Assembly (NCBI GenBank): GCA_907165135.1
Contig: OU015569.1
Location: 8,494,001 to 8,558,000, forward strand
DNA: 64,000 nucleotides
Origin: Oikopleura dioica
Lineage: Eukaryota > Animalia > Chordata
Reading direction: 5' to 3'
Numbering within the stretch: position 1 is the first letter of the stretch; the number at the start of each line of letters is the position of its first letter. The position numbers and the translations under genes were made by a program. Positions 35,502-48,934 of this stretch are shown in pieces. The notes under the pieces were generated by a model. The model made no database searches and had not been told where the DNA came from. It saw nothing but the letters and a program-made list of their open reading frames with translations.

Positions 35502-38500
35502 TCATTTGTCAAGTTTAAGGATTTCGCGTTTCATCGCGGCGCGGTCAAGCTCACTTCTCAGTGTTTCGAACTTGTCTTTGTGTCCCTGGAGCTTCATTTT
35601 GAGCTCCTGGTTTTCGACGCTGAGTTGAGAGTTCTTTTTCGTGAAGGACAAAGCTTCATCTTTTGCGGCATTCAGCTCGTCATGAAGCTGTCTTCGGGAC
35701 GACGAAAAGTCTCTTGATAAGAGATTGAAATACAAAAAAAGGAATTTTTGTTACCTTGATTGCTTCTCGATTTTTATCTTTGATTGCTCGAGCTCGATTG
35801 TCACTTGTTGCGTTTTCGCTAAGAGTGCCTCATTGCTTTAATTCGAGTTAAAAGAGGGAATTTCTTTGCTTCAAACCTTTGTTGTAATCGTTCGATAAAG
35901 CCGGGAAGTTCATTGATAGGAACGTCAGATTCCTCCCGGCTCTTAGCGATCGCGCTTGAATAAAGATATTTAATCAGGAATAATTATTTTAAGGATTACC
36001 AACTGCGTCGTAACAAAATCTCTAACTTCGAAACATCTTGGCGCGATTGAAGCAGTTCTTTTTCAAATTGATCGCAATTATCCTTGACAGTTCGGTTCTT
36101 CGCAATGAGCGTCTCGTTCGCTCGTTTAGATTCCTGAAAAATTATGGCTTAAGATTAAAATCCTTATTCTCTGACATACTTCGAGCTCGATAACGGTCAT
36201 TTTTAGCTTAGATTCAGCATCTCGGAGCCCATCGCGAGCAAGTTTAGCTTTATCGGTTTGATGTTTCACTTCGTCCGTAGCAGCTTTATAAGGATATTCA
36301 TTGAAAATGATAAGACCATTACATTCGAATTAGGCAATCTTGACTTTTTTGAATTCCACTCCTTTAAGTTCCGCTCGCAGGGCTGTGTTCGCATCTTGGG
36401 CGTTTTTGACATCCTGAGCTGAGGCACTGGAAAGAGTGACAATTCGTTCATCCAAGAGTTTCTTGTCACGTGCGTGCTCTTCGCGAAGGCACTGAATTTG
36501 GCGTTGGTTCATTGCCTGATCGCTATTCAATCGTTCGTTCAAGTTCTCCAAATCGCGTTGAAGCATCTGGTTCTTTGCCTGCTCATGTGAGAGCTTTTCT
36601 TTCGTGGATTGAAGCTCGTCTTTGAGAGAGTTGCTTTCTTCGCGACTCTTTACGATCTCCCGCTCGAGTTGATGCTGCAGTTGCTGACTTGTCCTGTTTG
36701 TGTCCTCAACTCTCGATGCGTGTTCAGTGGTTTCACGCAGCTTTCTCTCCGCCGTGAAGAGTTGAGACGCAGTTTGGCTCTGATGTTCTTCTGATGTTAC
36801 TAGTCGATTCTGAAGCGACGTAATTTCCGCTTCCATTTCGGAAATGCGAGCTTTTAAACATCGGTTCTCAGCGTCGTTCTTGATCGCTTGATTTTTAAAA
36901 CGTTCAGCTTCTTTCTGGATCTCGACTGTTTTCGTTTCAAATGCTCCATTCCTCTCTCGGACGGAATCTAGTTCTGCCCGAATCGAAACCTCACGAAGTC
37001 TCGCCGCGTCTACTTTTTCTTTGAGCTCAGTCTCTGATTCGGCGGTGACGCTAAGCTTTTTCGAAGTGGTAACTAGCTCATCTCGAATGCGAGTATTCTC
37101 GTTCCCAAGTTGTTCTCGAATGAGTTCAGCTTGTTTTAGTTGTTGTGAGATGTTGTTTGATTGAGTCTGAGGACAATTAAGATTCCCTATAAAAGGATTT
37201 TACTACCTTTGCTGTGTCTAAATTTTCTGTCAGACGCTTTGTTTCTGCAAGAAGGTGCTCAGATTGAGTTCGGTGTTCTGCGACTTGTCGGCCCAACTGA
37301 GCAGTTACCCGTTCATTTTCGTTGTGCAGACGCTTATCCTCAACTTGTTCAAGACGCAATTTCTCGATTTCCTAAAAGAATTTCGCTGTAAAAGATAGCT
37401 GTTGAAATGAAAGTCATAAATGCAATTGCGCTTGCTCGATAATTGTAAAAGAAAACCTGAGACGGAAACAAATCTTCCCATTTGTGGACTTTTGCACCGA
37501 AGGCGTCGGTACCTCCGCTCAACCGCTCTGCGTGCCTTGTTCTATAACGTAAGTCTTGTGGTGAATTTTGAGGAGTTGGAATGTATTCATGTCTTGAATC
37601 CTCTGAATCCGAGGACTCGGTAACCGATAAGGTCAAATGTTGGTCGTAATAATCTCCTTCAACGCTGCTTATATCTAGATTTCTTTTAGTTAACTTTCAT
37701 GCTTGCTTCTTGCGTGTAAATGCGTTAACTGTCAATAACTTGGGATGTTCTTGAGACCTGTGAATGAATCGTCAAATTGCTCCAATGTCTGACTGGTGTT
37801 AGCCTCTGTCGCGTACTCATCCTGTGCTATCCTTATTGGCCTCGGACTCACCTGAATCAAGCTCTGACAGTCCTTGCGAAGCTTGGCATTTTCCGCCTGA
37901 GTGTCTGACATTTCACGCTGTAGCTCGTAATTTCGTCCTGAAACAGTCTCTGCTCTCTCAGAGACAGCGCTAAGATGTTGTGTTAGAAACTGTTCACGAT
38001 CTGATTTTTCTTTAAGCTTCTTTTCCATCGAGTTACGTTCCTCTTCCTCAGCTAGTTTTGCTTTTATCTAAAAGTCAGTTAATAATTTAATCCAGAAAGA
38101 TTCAATTACCTGTGATTCAGCAAGCTTTTGTCGAAGATCTGCGATCTCCTTTGCTTGATTTTCTTTTTCGGAGCTTACTTCGAAAATCTTTGCATTGATG
38201 CGCTGGAGATTTGTTCGGATCGCATCTCCGTCAGATGGGAAACTTGTTGGAAAGTGCTCCTTATGGGTTGATGCAGTTCCCGGGTCGATCGCTGCTAGAG
38301 TTCGATTTACATCGTCACGTAGCCTGATCAATTCGCTCTTCACATGACTCGCTAGAGCACTTGCGTAAATCAATCAATATTTCATTGAGATCTCGTAGTG
38401 TATCTCAATTTGAGATTAGCGAACCACTGCCTTCTGGTCACTTTGAGGTGATACGCGGCTGTCTGAAATGATATTCTCTACCTGGCGCATTCGTGAACCC

Positions 38501-38675
38501 ACAGACTCAATCTTATCAGCGACGTCGTCTATTCGATTTAGAACATCGCCGGAAAATCTCACTGTTCGTGGCACTAAAATAAATAATTTCTTGGTCTCGT
38601 TGTCGGGGTCAACTCCTTCGCACCTTCTGGTAGACGACGCCGATATTCAAAAGCAGAGCTCTCAGAGGAACTCAT
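35502..38675 (-). CDS. Long coiled-coil protein, probably centrosomal CEP128-like
   Basis: Multi-exon coiled coil. The N-terminus MSSSESSAFEYRRRL...GSRMRQVENII and HFPTS resemble the CEP128 N-terminus as recalled from memory. Several junctions were not resolved. Confidence 0.6.
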
Positions 38676-39282
38676 TCGAAGAGTCTTAAAGGCTTACATA
38701 GACGTTTTTGGGTTTAATTACTGTCATTGTAATACAATGACTGTATTAATACAAGACAATAGTGAACTGGTTGGTGTAAATATATTTTATGTTTCATTTT
38801 AGAAACTCACCCAGAAGAGAGCGTAAGTGAACTTGACAGGTCATGGGAACTGGGAGCGAAATAAAGCTAGCAACGATGATGCTAGAATTTAAATTAATTA
38901 AATAGATTATCTAGAAGAAAAATGACATGACAGGGAAAAGCGCACAATCGATTCGGAAATCGCTTGTTCAGGCGTTATCAATAGGTGCAAGCAACTGTTA
39001 TTTGTAGCAGTCATACCCAGAGCTATTCGGTTGGCAATAAGAAGGTCTGATGCGAATTAAAATAGAAAATCTGCTTTTTGCGATGAAAGTGGCGCAGATA
39101 AAATATTCTCGAACACTGAGCGGTAAATCATGGAAAAGGTCTAATCAAGTGGATAATTGGAGCACCTAAATAGTAAATAAGTAATGATTGCAGAAAGCAC
39201 ACACTTTCAGAAGTGATAAAATCGGTAAATCTCGATTCTTTTTAAGAACATATTCGGAAGACTCCTGAACATGTGACGGAGG

Positions 39283-42097
39283 TTAGTTGGCGAATGTACT
39301 ACCCATCGGGAGCCAGATGTTTTTGCACTGGGTGGAGTGGTAGAGGAACTCATGTCCTTGTCCCTGAGCGTTGTCGGCCCAGTCTCTGGTTCGACCGTAG
39401 TTAACCCATGTGCGCTTGATATTTTCGGCAGAAGTATGTTCGACGAACTTTGAACCCTCCAGAGATCCGAAATACCAGGCAGCTTGTACGTCTTGATGTT
39501 CAGCCAAGTGCTTCATCAAGTGATCGCGGCTACCAGTGAGGATATTTACCACGCCTCCAGGAAGGTCGGACGTTTCGAAAACTAGGGAAGGTTACGCTTA
39601 TATGTTTGCAGGATAATCTACCTTGGTAAAAGTCCAAGGCGGAGAGGGGGAATTTCTCTGAAGGAACAACGACGACAGCATTAGATCGTACAATTGCTGG
39701 AGCGAAGAGAGAAACAAAGGATAAGAGAGGATTCTCATCTGGGCAAGCAATTGCAACAACTCCGACCGGTTCTCGAATGCAAACAGTTGCGCCGTAGAGG
39801 TTAGTTTCCTGAACGTTGCCTCCGAACTTATCAGCATAGGCGCCCCAGTAAAAGAGACGAGCAATAGCAAGATCAACCTCGCTTTCACAATCAGCTAGTT
39901 CTCGTCCAGTGGCCTCCTGGAGTTTAGCGGCGAACTCAGCTCGTCGTTGCTCAAGGTTCTCAGCCATGTAGTAGACTATCTGAGCTCGGTTATGAGCAGC
40001 ACGCTTACCCCATCCAGGGGCAGCTTTTCGCGCAACTTCGACGGCGTTTCGAACATCCTTACGGTTTCCTTCTCCGACGTAAGCAATAATTTTACCTTCA
40101 GAAGAGGTAATAGGTCGGCAGTAGTTTCCGTCGGGTCGCTTTTGAGCACCGCCATAGAAGAACTTGTAAGTCTTGTCGATCGATGGAACACCTTGGATTA
40201 GTTTTGTTTGGCTTTGACCAGATCCAGGGACAGGTGCGATATCGCCGCCAAAGCTAGCGCCAAACTTTTTGAGATCAATCTCGGGAGACTCAACAGCGAG
40301 GCGGGGTTGCCAACTTGGCTTCGCATACTCGTAGAGACCTTCTTTGCCACCATCTCGACCAAAGCCAGACTCCTTGTAGCCACCAAAACCTGCAGCAGCA
40401 TCAAACAGATTGTGTGAATTTACCCAAACAGCGCCAGCTTTGAGGCTAATTGCGACTTCAAGGGCCTTCGGAAGCGAATCTGACCAAACTGAGGAACCTA
40501 GACCGTAGTTCGTATTGTTTCCAAGGTTAATAGCTTCTTTAGAAGTCCTGAATTAAGGCTTAGACGAGAACTAAGGCAGCGAGTAACCTGAATGGCATGG
40601 CAACAGCGACAGGCCCAAAGATTTCTTCTTGGACTACACGAGCTGCAGTTGAAACGTTTGTAATGAGCGTTGGCTTCCAGTACAATCCATTAGAAGGAAG
40701 TTCAATGTCGGGCTGGAAGACCTCGCCTCCTTCTTCAAGGGCACTTTGGCAGTATTCGTCGATTGTTCTGTATTGAGAAGCATCGACAAGGGCAGCCATA
40801 TCAACAGCCTAAACAAGAGTTGACCACAAAATAAAATATAATAAAATAAATACCTTGTCGAGGGAGTTCCCAACGCGGAAGTGGGATAGACGCTCCTTGA
40901 TCTTGGCGATTGCCTTTTCATAAATAGTCTCTTGAATGAGGAGACGCGAACCGGCTGAGCAAACTTGGCCTTGGTTGAACCAAATCGCATCAACGATCCC
41001 TTCAATGGCGCTATCTAAGTCACAGTCGTCGAAAATGATGACAGGGCTTTTGCCTCCCAGTTCCAAGCTTAGCTTTTTCCCGGTTCCCGCGGTAACACGT
41101 CGGAGAATTTGGCCTATTCCAGTACTAAAATGAATTAAGAAGTATAAATACAGTTGATTAATTACCTTCCAGTGAACGCAACTTTGTCCACATCTGGGTG
41201 TTTAGCAAGAAGCGTTCCAAAGCTACCTTTACCAGTAACAACACTGAAGACACCTTTTGGAAGACCTGCCTCAGCGCAAATCTCAGCCAGGAGAAGGGCA
41301 GATAGTCTGGTGTAAGTTGCTGGCTTGAGAACAACAGTGTTTCCCATTGCTGAAAATCGTTGATCGGAGTTGGAATTTTTATACTCTACCTAGCGCAGGA
41401 GCGACCTTCCATGTAAGAAGCATGAGGGGAAGTTCCATGGAACGATAGCACCAACAACTCCAACGGGTTTCCAGCCATCCATTTCTTCTGGCATTAGCTG
41501 TGCCCAGCCCGCGTGGTGATAGAAGTGTCGTGCAACCAGGGGGATATCACAGTCTCGTGTCTCCCGAATCGGCTAAATTGGGGTTTATTTAATAATTTAT
41601 TAAATATAATAATAATATATAATAATAATATCTATTTAATAGATATTGAACTGGTCTCAGATATACCTTTCCGTTGTCGAGAGCTTCTACGACTGCAATA
41701 AGTCGGGAATGCTTCTGAACAGCGCGTGCAATGGCATAGAGATGGCGAGCACGAACATGTGGTGCTAAGACAGCCCATTTAGTCTGTGCTTCTTTGGCAG
41801 CTGCAACAGCAATGTTCACATCATCTTCATTTCCCTGGATAGTGTCACACAAGACTTGCTCGTTCATCGGGCTAAATAAGGATATCCTCCAAACAAGTAA
41901 ACCTCCTGACACCTTTTGGTTGTGTAGTAGTCACGGCCCTCAGGGTGATACCATTCGCCGTTGACAAAATGGCCAAGCTTTCTGTTGTGCGCATCGAGCC
42001 ACTGCTGGGCCTGGGCATCGGACTCTGGCGCAGGTCCGTAACTCATGCTCTCGAAGATTTTGGCGACCTCAGACTGCTGTGGAGTCAACCCTGCCAT
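39283..42097 (-). CDS. ALDH16A1: Aldehyde dehydrogenase family 16 member
   Basis: [61 protein letters not shown], plus the ALDH16-specific second Rossmann-like domain ending IWLPMG. Confidence 0.93.
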
Positions 42098-42238
42098 TTT
42101 TAATCTAAAATTAAGCATACTAGTGCTTCAGCAGCTCGAATGAGAACAGTACTTTAGTACGCAAATTATATGGTACAGGAAAGAAGGGGAAAAGAGCTTA
42201 TAAATAATTAATGATTTAAATCATTACTAAAGTCAAAG

Positions 42239-43614
42239 AAGTTATGCATATTCTTTACAGACGTTGCCTGCAATAACGAGTCGCTGAACTTCCGATGTGC
42301 CTTCGTAAATTTCTGTGATTCGTGCATCCCGATAATGTCTTTCTGCGGGCATATCTGAGACAAATCCCATTCCACCGAGAACTTGAATAGATTGGTGAGC
42401 AACCCAAGTAGCAGCTTCGGATGCTGCTAGTTTGGCCATGGCAGCGTGTTTTGTGTATGGCTAGAAAAGCGTAAATGGTGCGTTTCAAGGCGAACCATAC
42501 CATTCCGTTGTCTTTAAGAGTCGCTGCTTTATAATTCAAGAGTCTAGCGGACTCGATCTTGACCTCCATATCAGCAATCTTCTGCTGAATAAGTTGATGC
42601 TTGGCGATGGGAACGTTGAAAGACTTTCGCTCAAGGGAGTACTTCACTGCGCAGTCCATGGCCGCTTGAGCGATGCCAATGGCCTGAGCGGCAATACCGA
42701 TTCGACCACCATCAAGGGTATTCATAGCGATCTTGAAGCCAAAACCAGGCTCTCCGATCAAATTTTCTTCTGGAACGAAACAATCTTCGTAGATAAGGCA
42801 CGCAGTGGAGCTTCCACGAATTCCAAGCTTATCTTCTTTCTTTCCGAGAGAGAAACCTTCTGCATCATTTGGAACAACAAAGCAGGATATACCCTTAGGC
42901 ATTGAGCAAAGACATTCAACCTACATTCTTACCTTGTGTTTCAAAGACTTGTCCGTGGTCGCGAAAATGACGGAAGCATCGGCCTCATACGCGTTAGTGA
43001 TCCACATTTTCGTGCCGTTGATTAAATACCCTCCATCGACTTTGGTAGCAGTAGTAGAGGCTGCACCAGCGTCAGAACCATTTCCTGGCTCGGAGAGACC
43101 AAAACAGCCGATCTTTCCAGTAGCCCAGTCGGAAACCCACTTCTCTTTTTGCGCATCGTTGCCCCAGTTGACAATGGGGGCGATGTACAGAGAGTTATGG
43201 GCGCTGAATCAAAGATTTTCAAATTCTAAAGAAAACCGCAAAACCTCATGATTACACCAGCTGAAGCACATCCTCGGGAAATCTCTTCACAAGAGACTGC
43301 ATAAGCGAGAGCGGACATGCCAGCGCCTCCGAATTGCTCGGGCACGTTAATGCCCATCAGACCCATTTCAGTCATCTGTGCGATCTGGTCTTTGGGATAC
43401 ATATGCTTCTTGTCGACTTCGGCCGCAATCGGAGCTAGCTCATTATCAGCAAAAGTGCGGCACAAGTCGCGAATCATCTCAACGTCTTCGGGAAGACGAT
43501 GGAAGGCCCTCTAAAACGAATTAAATAGCCAAGTTTCATACTGGCAAGACTCACCATCTGACTGAGTTTGAGTTGACGAGATCGTGCCACTGACAAAAGT
43601 CCTCGAGCGGCCAT
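42239..43614 (-). CDS. ACADS: Short-chain acyl-CoA dehydrogenase, mitochondrial
   Basis: [94 protein letters not shown]. Confidence 0.95.
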
Positions 43615-43925
43615 TCTTAGCGACGTCAGAGTAACTCTAAATATGATTTTGATAAGTTAACGCTAAATGCATTGAATCCGTTATATAATGTCAAGAGTCC
43701 AGAATAAGGTGACAGAGAATTTTCTCGTAGTGGAATTTGCCGTGTCCCTATTGGACGCAATTATAGCTCAGCCAACAAAAGCGCGGCGAATGCGCCCAAG
43801 CAGTCTTCATTGAAGACTCTTCAATCGAAATAGCCGCATTACTCTGTCTATTATTAATTTCCTATTAGAAATCACTGTAAAAACAAGCTGCGCATAATAA
43901 ATTGAAAAAGTACTGTTCATCTAGC
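43615..43925. promoter_or_regulatory. Putative bidirectional promoter between ACADS and TANGO2
   Basis: 311 bp between divergent ATGs; contains ATTGG (reverse CCAAT) near 43750. Confidence 0.5.
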
Positions 43926-44929
43926 ATGTGCTTGTCCTGCTTCGTCATAAATCCAAAAACGGTAAAACTTCTTCTAAGCCTACAGTAAATGACAAAGTTC
44001 GATTCAGAGTACTCACCAGTACAAGTTTATCCTCGGGAAAGGGTTATTCTTTATGAGCGAATCTATCAAATAATGGTTAACTTAACTCTAGAAAGATTCA
44101 ACAGAGATGAGTTCTACGCGCGCGAGAATGCTCCTTTAGAATGGCACGATTCTCTTTTGGGCGGGTGGGACATGGCACCGGGAAGAGAGTACGGTAGCTG
44201 GCTCACCATGAGCCGCACAGGAAGAGTCGGAATCCTGACGAACGTGTTAGTCCCTCGACCTGACCCAAACGGACTGGCGAGAGGCAAACTTGTCACCGAC
44301 TTTGCTTCCTCGTCCTTCTCCCCGGAAGACTACTTCCGCAGTTTACCACTGGACCAGTTCAATGAATTTAATTTGTCAGCAATTGACCTGCTTACCAAAC
44401 ATGGTAAAATTCAACTGTAATTCAAATTTGTTTCAAAAAAATAATTGCAGGCGCGTGGATATCCAGCAAAGACAGCAGAAAAACGATTTTGTCCGAAGAC
44501 AAGAGATATGTGATGAGCAATGCTCGGCAGCTAAACTCGAAATGGCTGAAAGCTCAGAAGATCAAGACTAAATTCGACGCCGTCGATCTCGATCGTCCAA
44601 AAGACGAAATAATCGATGAAATGCTGACGCTTCTTCAAGATAGCGAGTCCTGCGGACAATGCCCACTCATCACGGAACAGTCCGAAGGCTTCGTTGAAAA
44701 AGCGATCGGTATGGAGCGATACAACTCCATCAAAATTACGGGTTCGGTAGGAAATTAGGGCGAAATAAAGAGTCAAGTTTTAGGAGATGAGCGATACGGT
44801 ACGCGGACACACTCGGTAATAATCGTGGATAAAAAGAACCAGTGTACCTTCGTTGAACTCGATCGCAAGGCAAATGGACAGTGGCATCGTCGATGCGAAG
44901 AATTCGAGCTTGAATCTACACTTCGTTGA
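43926..44929 (+). CDS. TANGO2: TANGO2 (NRDE family)
   Basis: N-terminal MC, FNRDEFY, GSWLTMSRTGRVGILTN, RGKLVTDF, FNEFNL, SNARQLNSKWLK, YGTRTHSVIIVD. Confidence 0.93.
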
Positions 44930-45843
44930 AGTAAATCTACTGTAATTATGGCCAGCTGAAACTGAAGAAAATTAAAGATTATGTCACCCGCTATTAAGAG
45001 TACTTTAAATATTCAATTGGGGGAGAATCGAAAATACAATTAGAGGAAACCGATCCGGATTAAAAGAATAATCCAGTCATTTTTTGAATAGATCTAGAAT
45101 TAAACTTATACCTAGCACTGAGTTACCGTTTAAACTGGCGTCATACGATCGAGAAATTTAGTTAGGACTAAAAATAATAGCTAAAATTGCTAAAAAATAC
45201 ATTTGCATCATAAATTAAATTTCAACTTTAAGATACGTCGAATTTATCGCATTATAATCGTAAGAATGGTAATCTATAAATCTAGAAACAGGGTGTTTTT
45301 CGCGGTTGGAGACGGAGAGAGATGAATTCTGATTGGATGCGGATTGCGCGCGACACAGAACACCCTTCGGCCTACGAAAATGCGTCGCGAAAAAATTCTC
45401 GATCTTTGTCCTTTCGCGAAATTTCGGAAGATCAACCTATCAGAGAATTTCCGAAGACTCACTCCACTAATCGCTGTCTTTCTTTTTCTTTGAAAGTCAA
45501 CGAATGCCGGTTTTTGGAGCTTCAAATCGACCAATCGCTCTTCCTCAATACTTAGCAAATAACCTCTTTTCAAACTAGAAGTCTGAGTTAAAATCTCAAT
45601 TATACAATCTGTTTTTCTTCACTCATTTTGTATGTTATAAGTATTATTTAATAATGTGTATTATTACTTAATGATTTTAGGGTGTTCAGAAAGAATTTGT
45701 GTAAATTTAGAAGAAGAATTCAATTCGATTATTTTCTAGATCGATCTCAAAGATGTTTATTTTTTGGCGAGTTTCCGATCATTTTTCTGTTTCTTGTTCT
45801 GTTGGTGCCCGATTGCTGCAATTAACGGTTTACTTTGTTCAGG

Positions 45844-46949
45844 ATGGTTCAGTCGAAGCTGGCACGACCCATGTTGGGTCTCCGAACTTTCGCCACCTCT
45901 GCGAAGGTCGCCCGAGCCGCTGTCCTCCCTCTGACCGAGTCTCCTTTCGCGTAAGTAGAATCACTTCCAAACTAATGCCTATATTTACGTCACCACTTCC
46001 ATTATCGTCGTTTTCACTCCATCAATATCCGTGATCTTTTCTCTCAAAAGGAAGATTATGGAAAAAGTGTAAATGCCGAAATGACGTAAATTCTTCGAAA
46101 CTGACTTTTTCTTCAGTCGACCCGAAGTCGTCGACATCGCCACTTACAAGTACCCCGGCGAGCCCAACTACCCCGGTATGGGTCCTAAAGCTATTCCCGA
46201 GCAGTGGGAGACCGACGAGCGAACCGTCCACTACATGATCCCCAAGACCTTCGTCGACAACCTCATTGCCCCCAAGATGGGCTCCACTGGTCTTTACACC
46301 CTTGGCTTCGGCTCCGTTTTGTACCTTCTCAGCCGAGTAAGTCTTTTTCCCCGCGACAATTGGAGTGATTGAGCTGCTTTAGGAAATCATCCCCATGCAC
46401 GCCGAGACCGCCTCCTTCGTCTCTTTCATGATCGCCGTCACTTACTACAACATCCTCGTCGGTGACACCATCCGAGAGACTTTCGAGAAGGAGTACACTG
46501 CTGAGTACGACAAGTTCTACGCTTGCAAAGAGCACGACATCGCCGGTAAGTAAAGTAAATTTAGGCTTTTGAATAACTGATGATTTCAGCGTACACCGAG
46601 ATTGTCTCCAAGTACAAGGATGCCCAGGAGCAGGCCCAGGGTCAGGCTATCTACAACGAGCAGAAGCTGACCAACTTGTCCCTCATGCTCGAGACCGAGT
46701 ACCTCAACCGACAGAACGAGCTTGTTGACTCCGTGACCAAGAAGCTCAACTACCAGGTATGAAGAATTTCCTCTTTAATCTTCTCTATTAATTGTATTTG
46801 TTAAGGTTGCCGTCCAGAACGCTCTCGAAGATCAGGAAGCCCAGCATATGATCAACTGGATCGAAGACAAAGTCAACGAAGAGATCTCGAACTTGGACCA
46901 GGACGAGATGATCCGAGTTTGCGTCGCTAACCTCAAGAAGCAGGCTTAA
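45844..46949 (+). CDS. ATP5PB: ATP synthase peripheral stalk subunit b
   Basis: Transit peptide, MIPKTFV...KMGSTGLYTLGFG...SREI, LETEYLNRQ, KKLNYQV, HMINWIEDKV, CVANLK. Confidence 0.9.
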
Positions 46950-47768
46950 ACGACGAAGACGATCAGAAATAAAAAAAAACGAAAAAAATTCCTATTCATA
47001 TTTCCTCCCCGTTTTCCCGTTCAAACATTATTTATTCAAGTGCACACGAGACAAGAAAAGATAATTCGAAATTCTGCTTGGTCTCGAGTGCGCGAAGCTC
47101 TCAATTGAGAGAACTTGCTCAAAACAACCAAAAATAAACAACAGACTTAGGAGACATGTTAAAAGTCGAAGGGAAAACTTAAAATCTCTGATTATTTCAG
47201 TATTTTGAGTCCCAGTATTGTTGATTTTGTGCACTTTTCCAAATAAAAATTCGACCCGGGAAATACTGTTTCTCCTCATCATTAAACAGAAAGGAGTAGA
47301 TACGGAAAGAACACGTCTGACTCATTCGGCGATTGCATTTTAATGCCCCGGAAATATCGATAATGAGCTATTCATTAGATCATCTCAGTGCCCCGTAACG
47401 TTCTCTGTCGCCCGTGGAAATTCGATTACTCAAGTTGTAACCTTTGCAAATTGAAATTTGTTTGAACTGGCGATTGTCTGTGCCCCAGTCGCTGACCACG
47501 AAATTAACATGGCGGTTCACCGATCTGCAATCTGGTTGCAGCGATATGAACAATTAAGTGAGCAACAGGCAATTATTGAGGCTAATTAGGAGTAAAGGTG
47601 CCCAACATCCTCTCTTCTAATCTCCCGTAACCTAGGGCTTTCTAAAGTCAAGTTCTAATTCAACTCGTCTTTATTCTTAATTACTATATTCGATGGCCAA
47701 CACGCTTGAAAGGAATTGGGCATACGAAGGCTGTTTACGACCTGAGGCACTATTCAAACATCTTAAGA

Positions 47769-48841
47769 ATGAGCTCTCGGCAAATTCTAACGAAATTCGG
47801 AGTTATCGACGCTCTCCGAAATGGATCAGAGAAATCAGCGGCAATGCTCTGGGTACCGGGCTTTTTGGGTACAATGGTAAGGATCTTACCCAAAAAGCCG
47901 AAAACGATGAAAAATACTAGAACGGAGTCAAAGCGGAGGCGATTGAAAAATGGAATAGAAATGTGTTTTCTCAAACGCTCTGGCGTTTCAACTATTCTGG
48001 AATAGGGCATTCAACAGGTCCTTTGGGAAGGTCAAAAATAGAATTTATCGGTTCTTTTTCTTTAAAAAGTGTTACTTGGAAAATATTGTTTTCGATCTTG
48101 GAAGTAGACATTCGAGAACTGGATAGCAGATGCAAATGCCGTACTTGAAGAAGCTGCGCGTGAATGCGATCAGCCGGTTAATATTGTCGGTTCTTCGATG
48201 GGCGGACTCATTTCGCTCCATCTCGCGGCGCTTCAACCTGAGTTGGTGCGCTCTCTTTATCTCTGTGCTCCAGCAGTGCATTTCCTCAAGGATCGAATAG
48301 ATTTAGTTGACCATAGTCCTGGTGAAAATATTCCGATTCCAGACGATTACCTTCACTCTTCCGGTCTAGTGATGGGTTATTTTTATGTCTTTTAATTTCA
48401 TTACGCCAGAAAATAATGATCCATCGAAAGATCATATCCCAAAGACTTTTCTCAAAGGTTGATAAACTTTAAATAAGTCATTTCAAAGTTAGTATTAAAA
48501 ATAGGAGTCGAAGGAAGTTGGCTAGAAGACATTGATCTGAATAATATCGAATCCATTCCCATGCATGTCCTGCATCCAGAACTCGACGATATTTGTCCAT
48601 TAGCTGGATCAGAAAAACTGAAAGAGAAGACAGGCTGTACGCTGGAAATCTTACCAGGGGCGACTCACTAACGGATTTTCAAAGTTTTACTTTTACTACT
48701 TTAGTTTTTTTTTATTTTGCACGAACAACGAAGTGTATGTGTAAGTTTATTTGCGTACAAAATCCAATTCAGTCGATGTCGGATCCTGCAGCGTTGTCTT
48801 ATTGGAAGAATTCGTTGACGAAGTTTATTTCCAGCGTTTGA
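47769..48841 (+). CDS. ABHD10: Alpha/beta-hydrolase ABHD10-like
   Basis: PGFLGTMNGVKA, RFNYSGIGHSTG, nucleophile elbow VGSSMGG, LHPELDDIC (Asp), LPGATH (His). One junction is unresolved. Confidence 0.8.
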
Positions 48842-48934
48842 TATTTCAGTGTTTTTCAGAAAAATGCACAGCAAACATAATTAATAAGCATCCGCGCTAA
48901 GTGATCTCATTCATCAATGGAATGAAGTTTAGAA

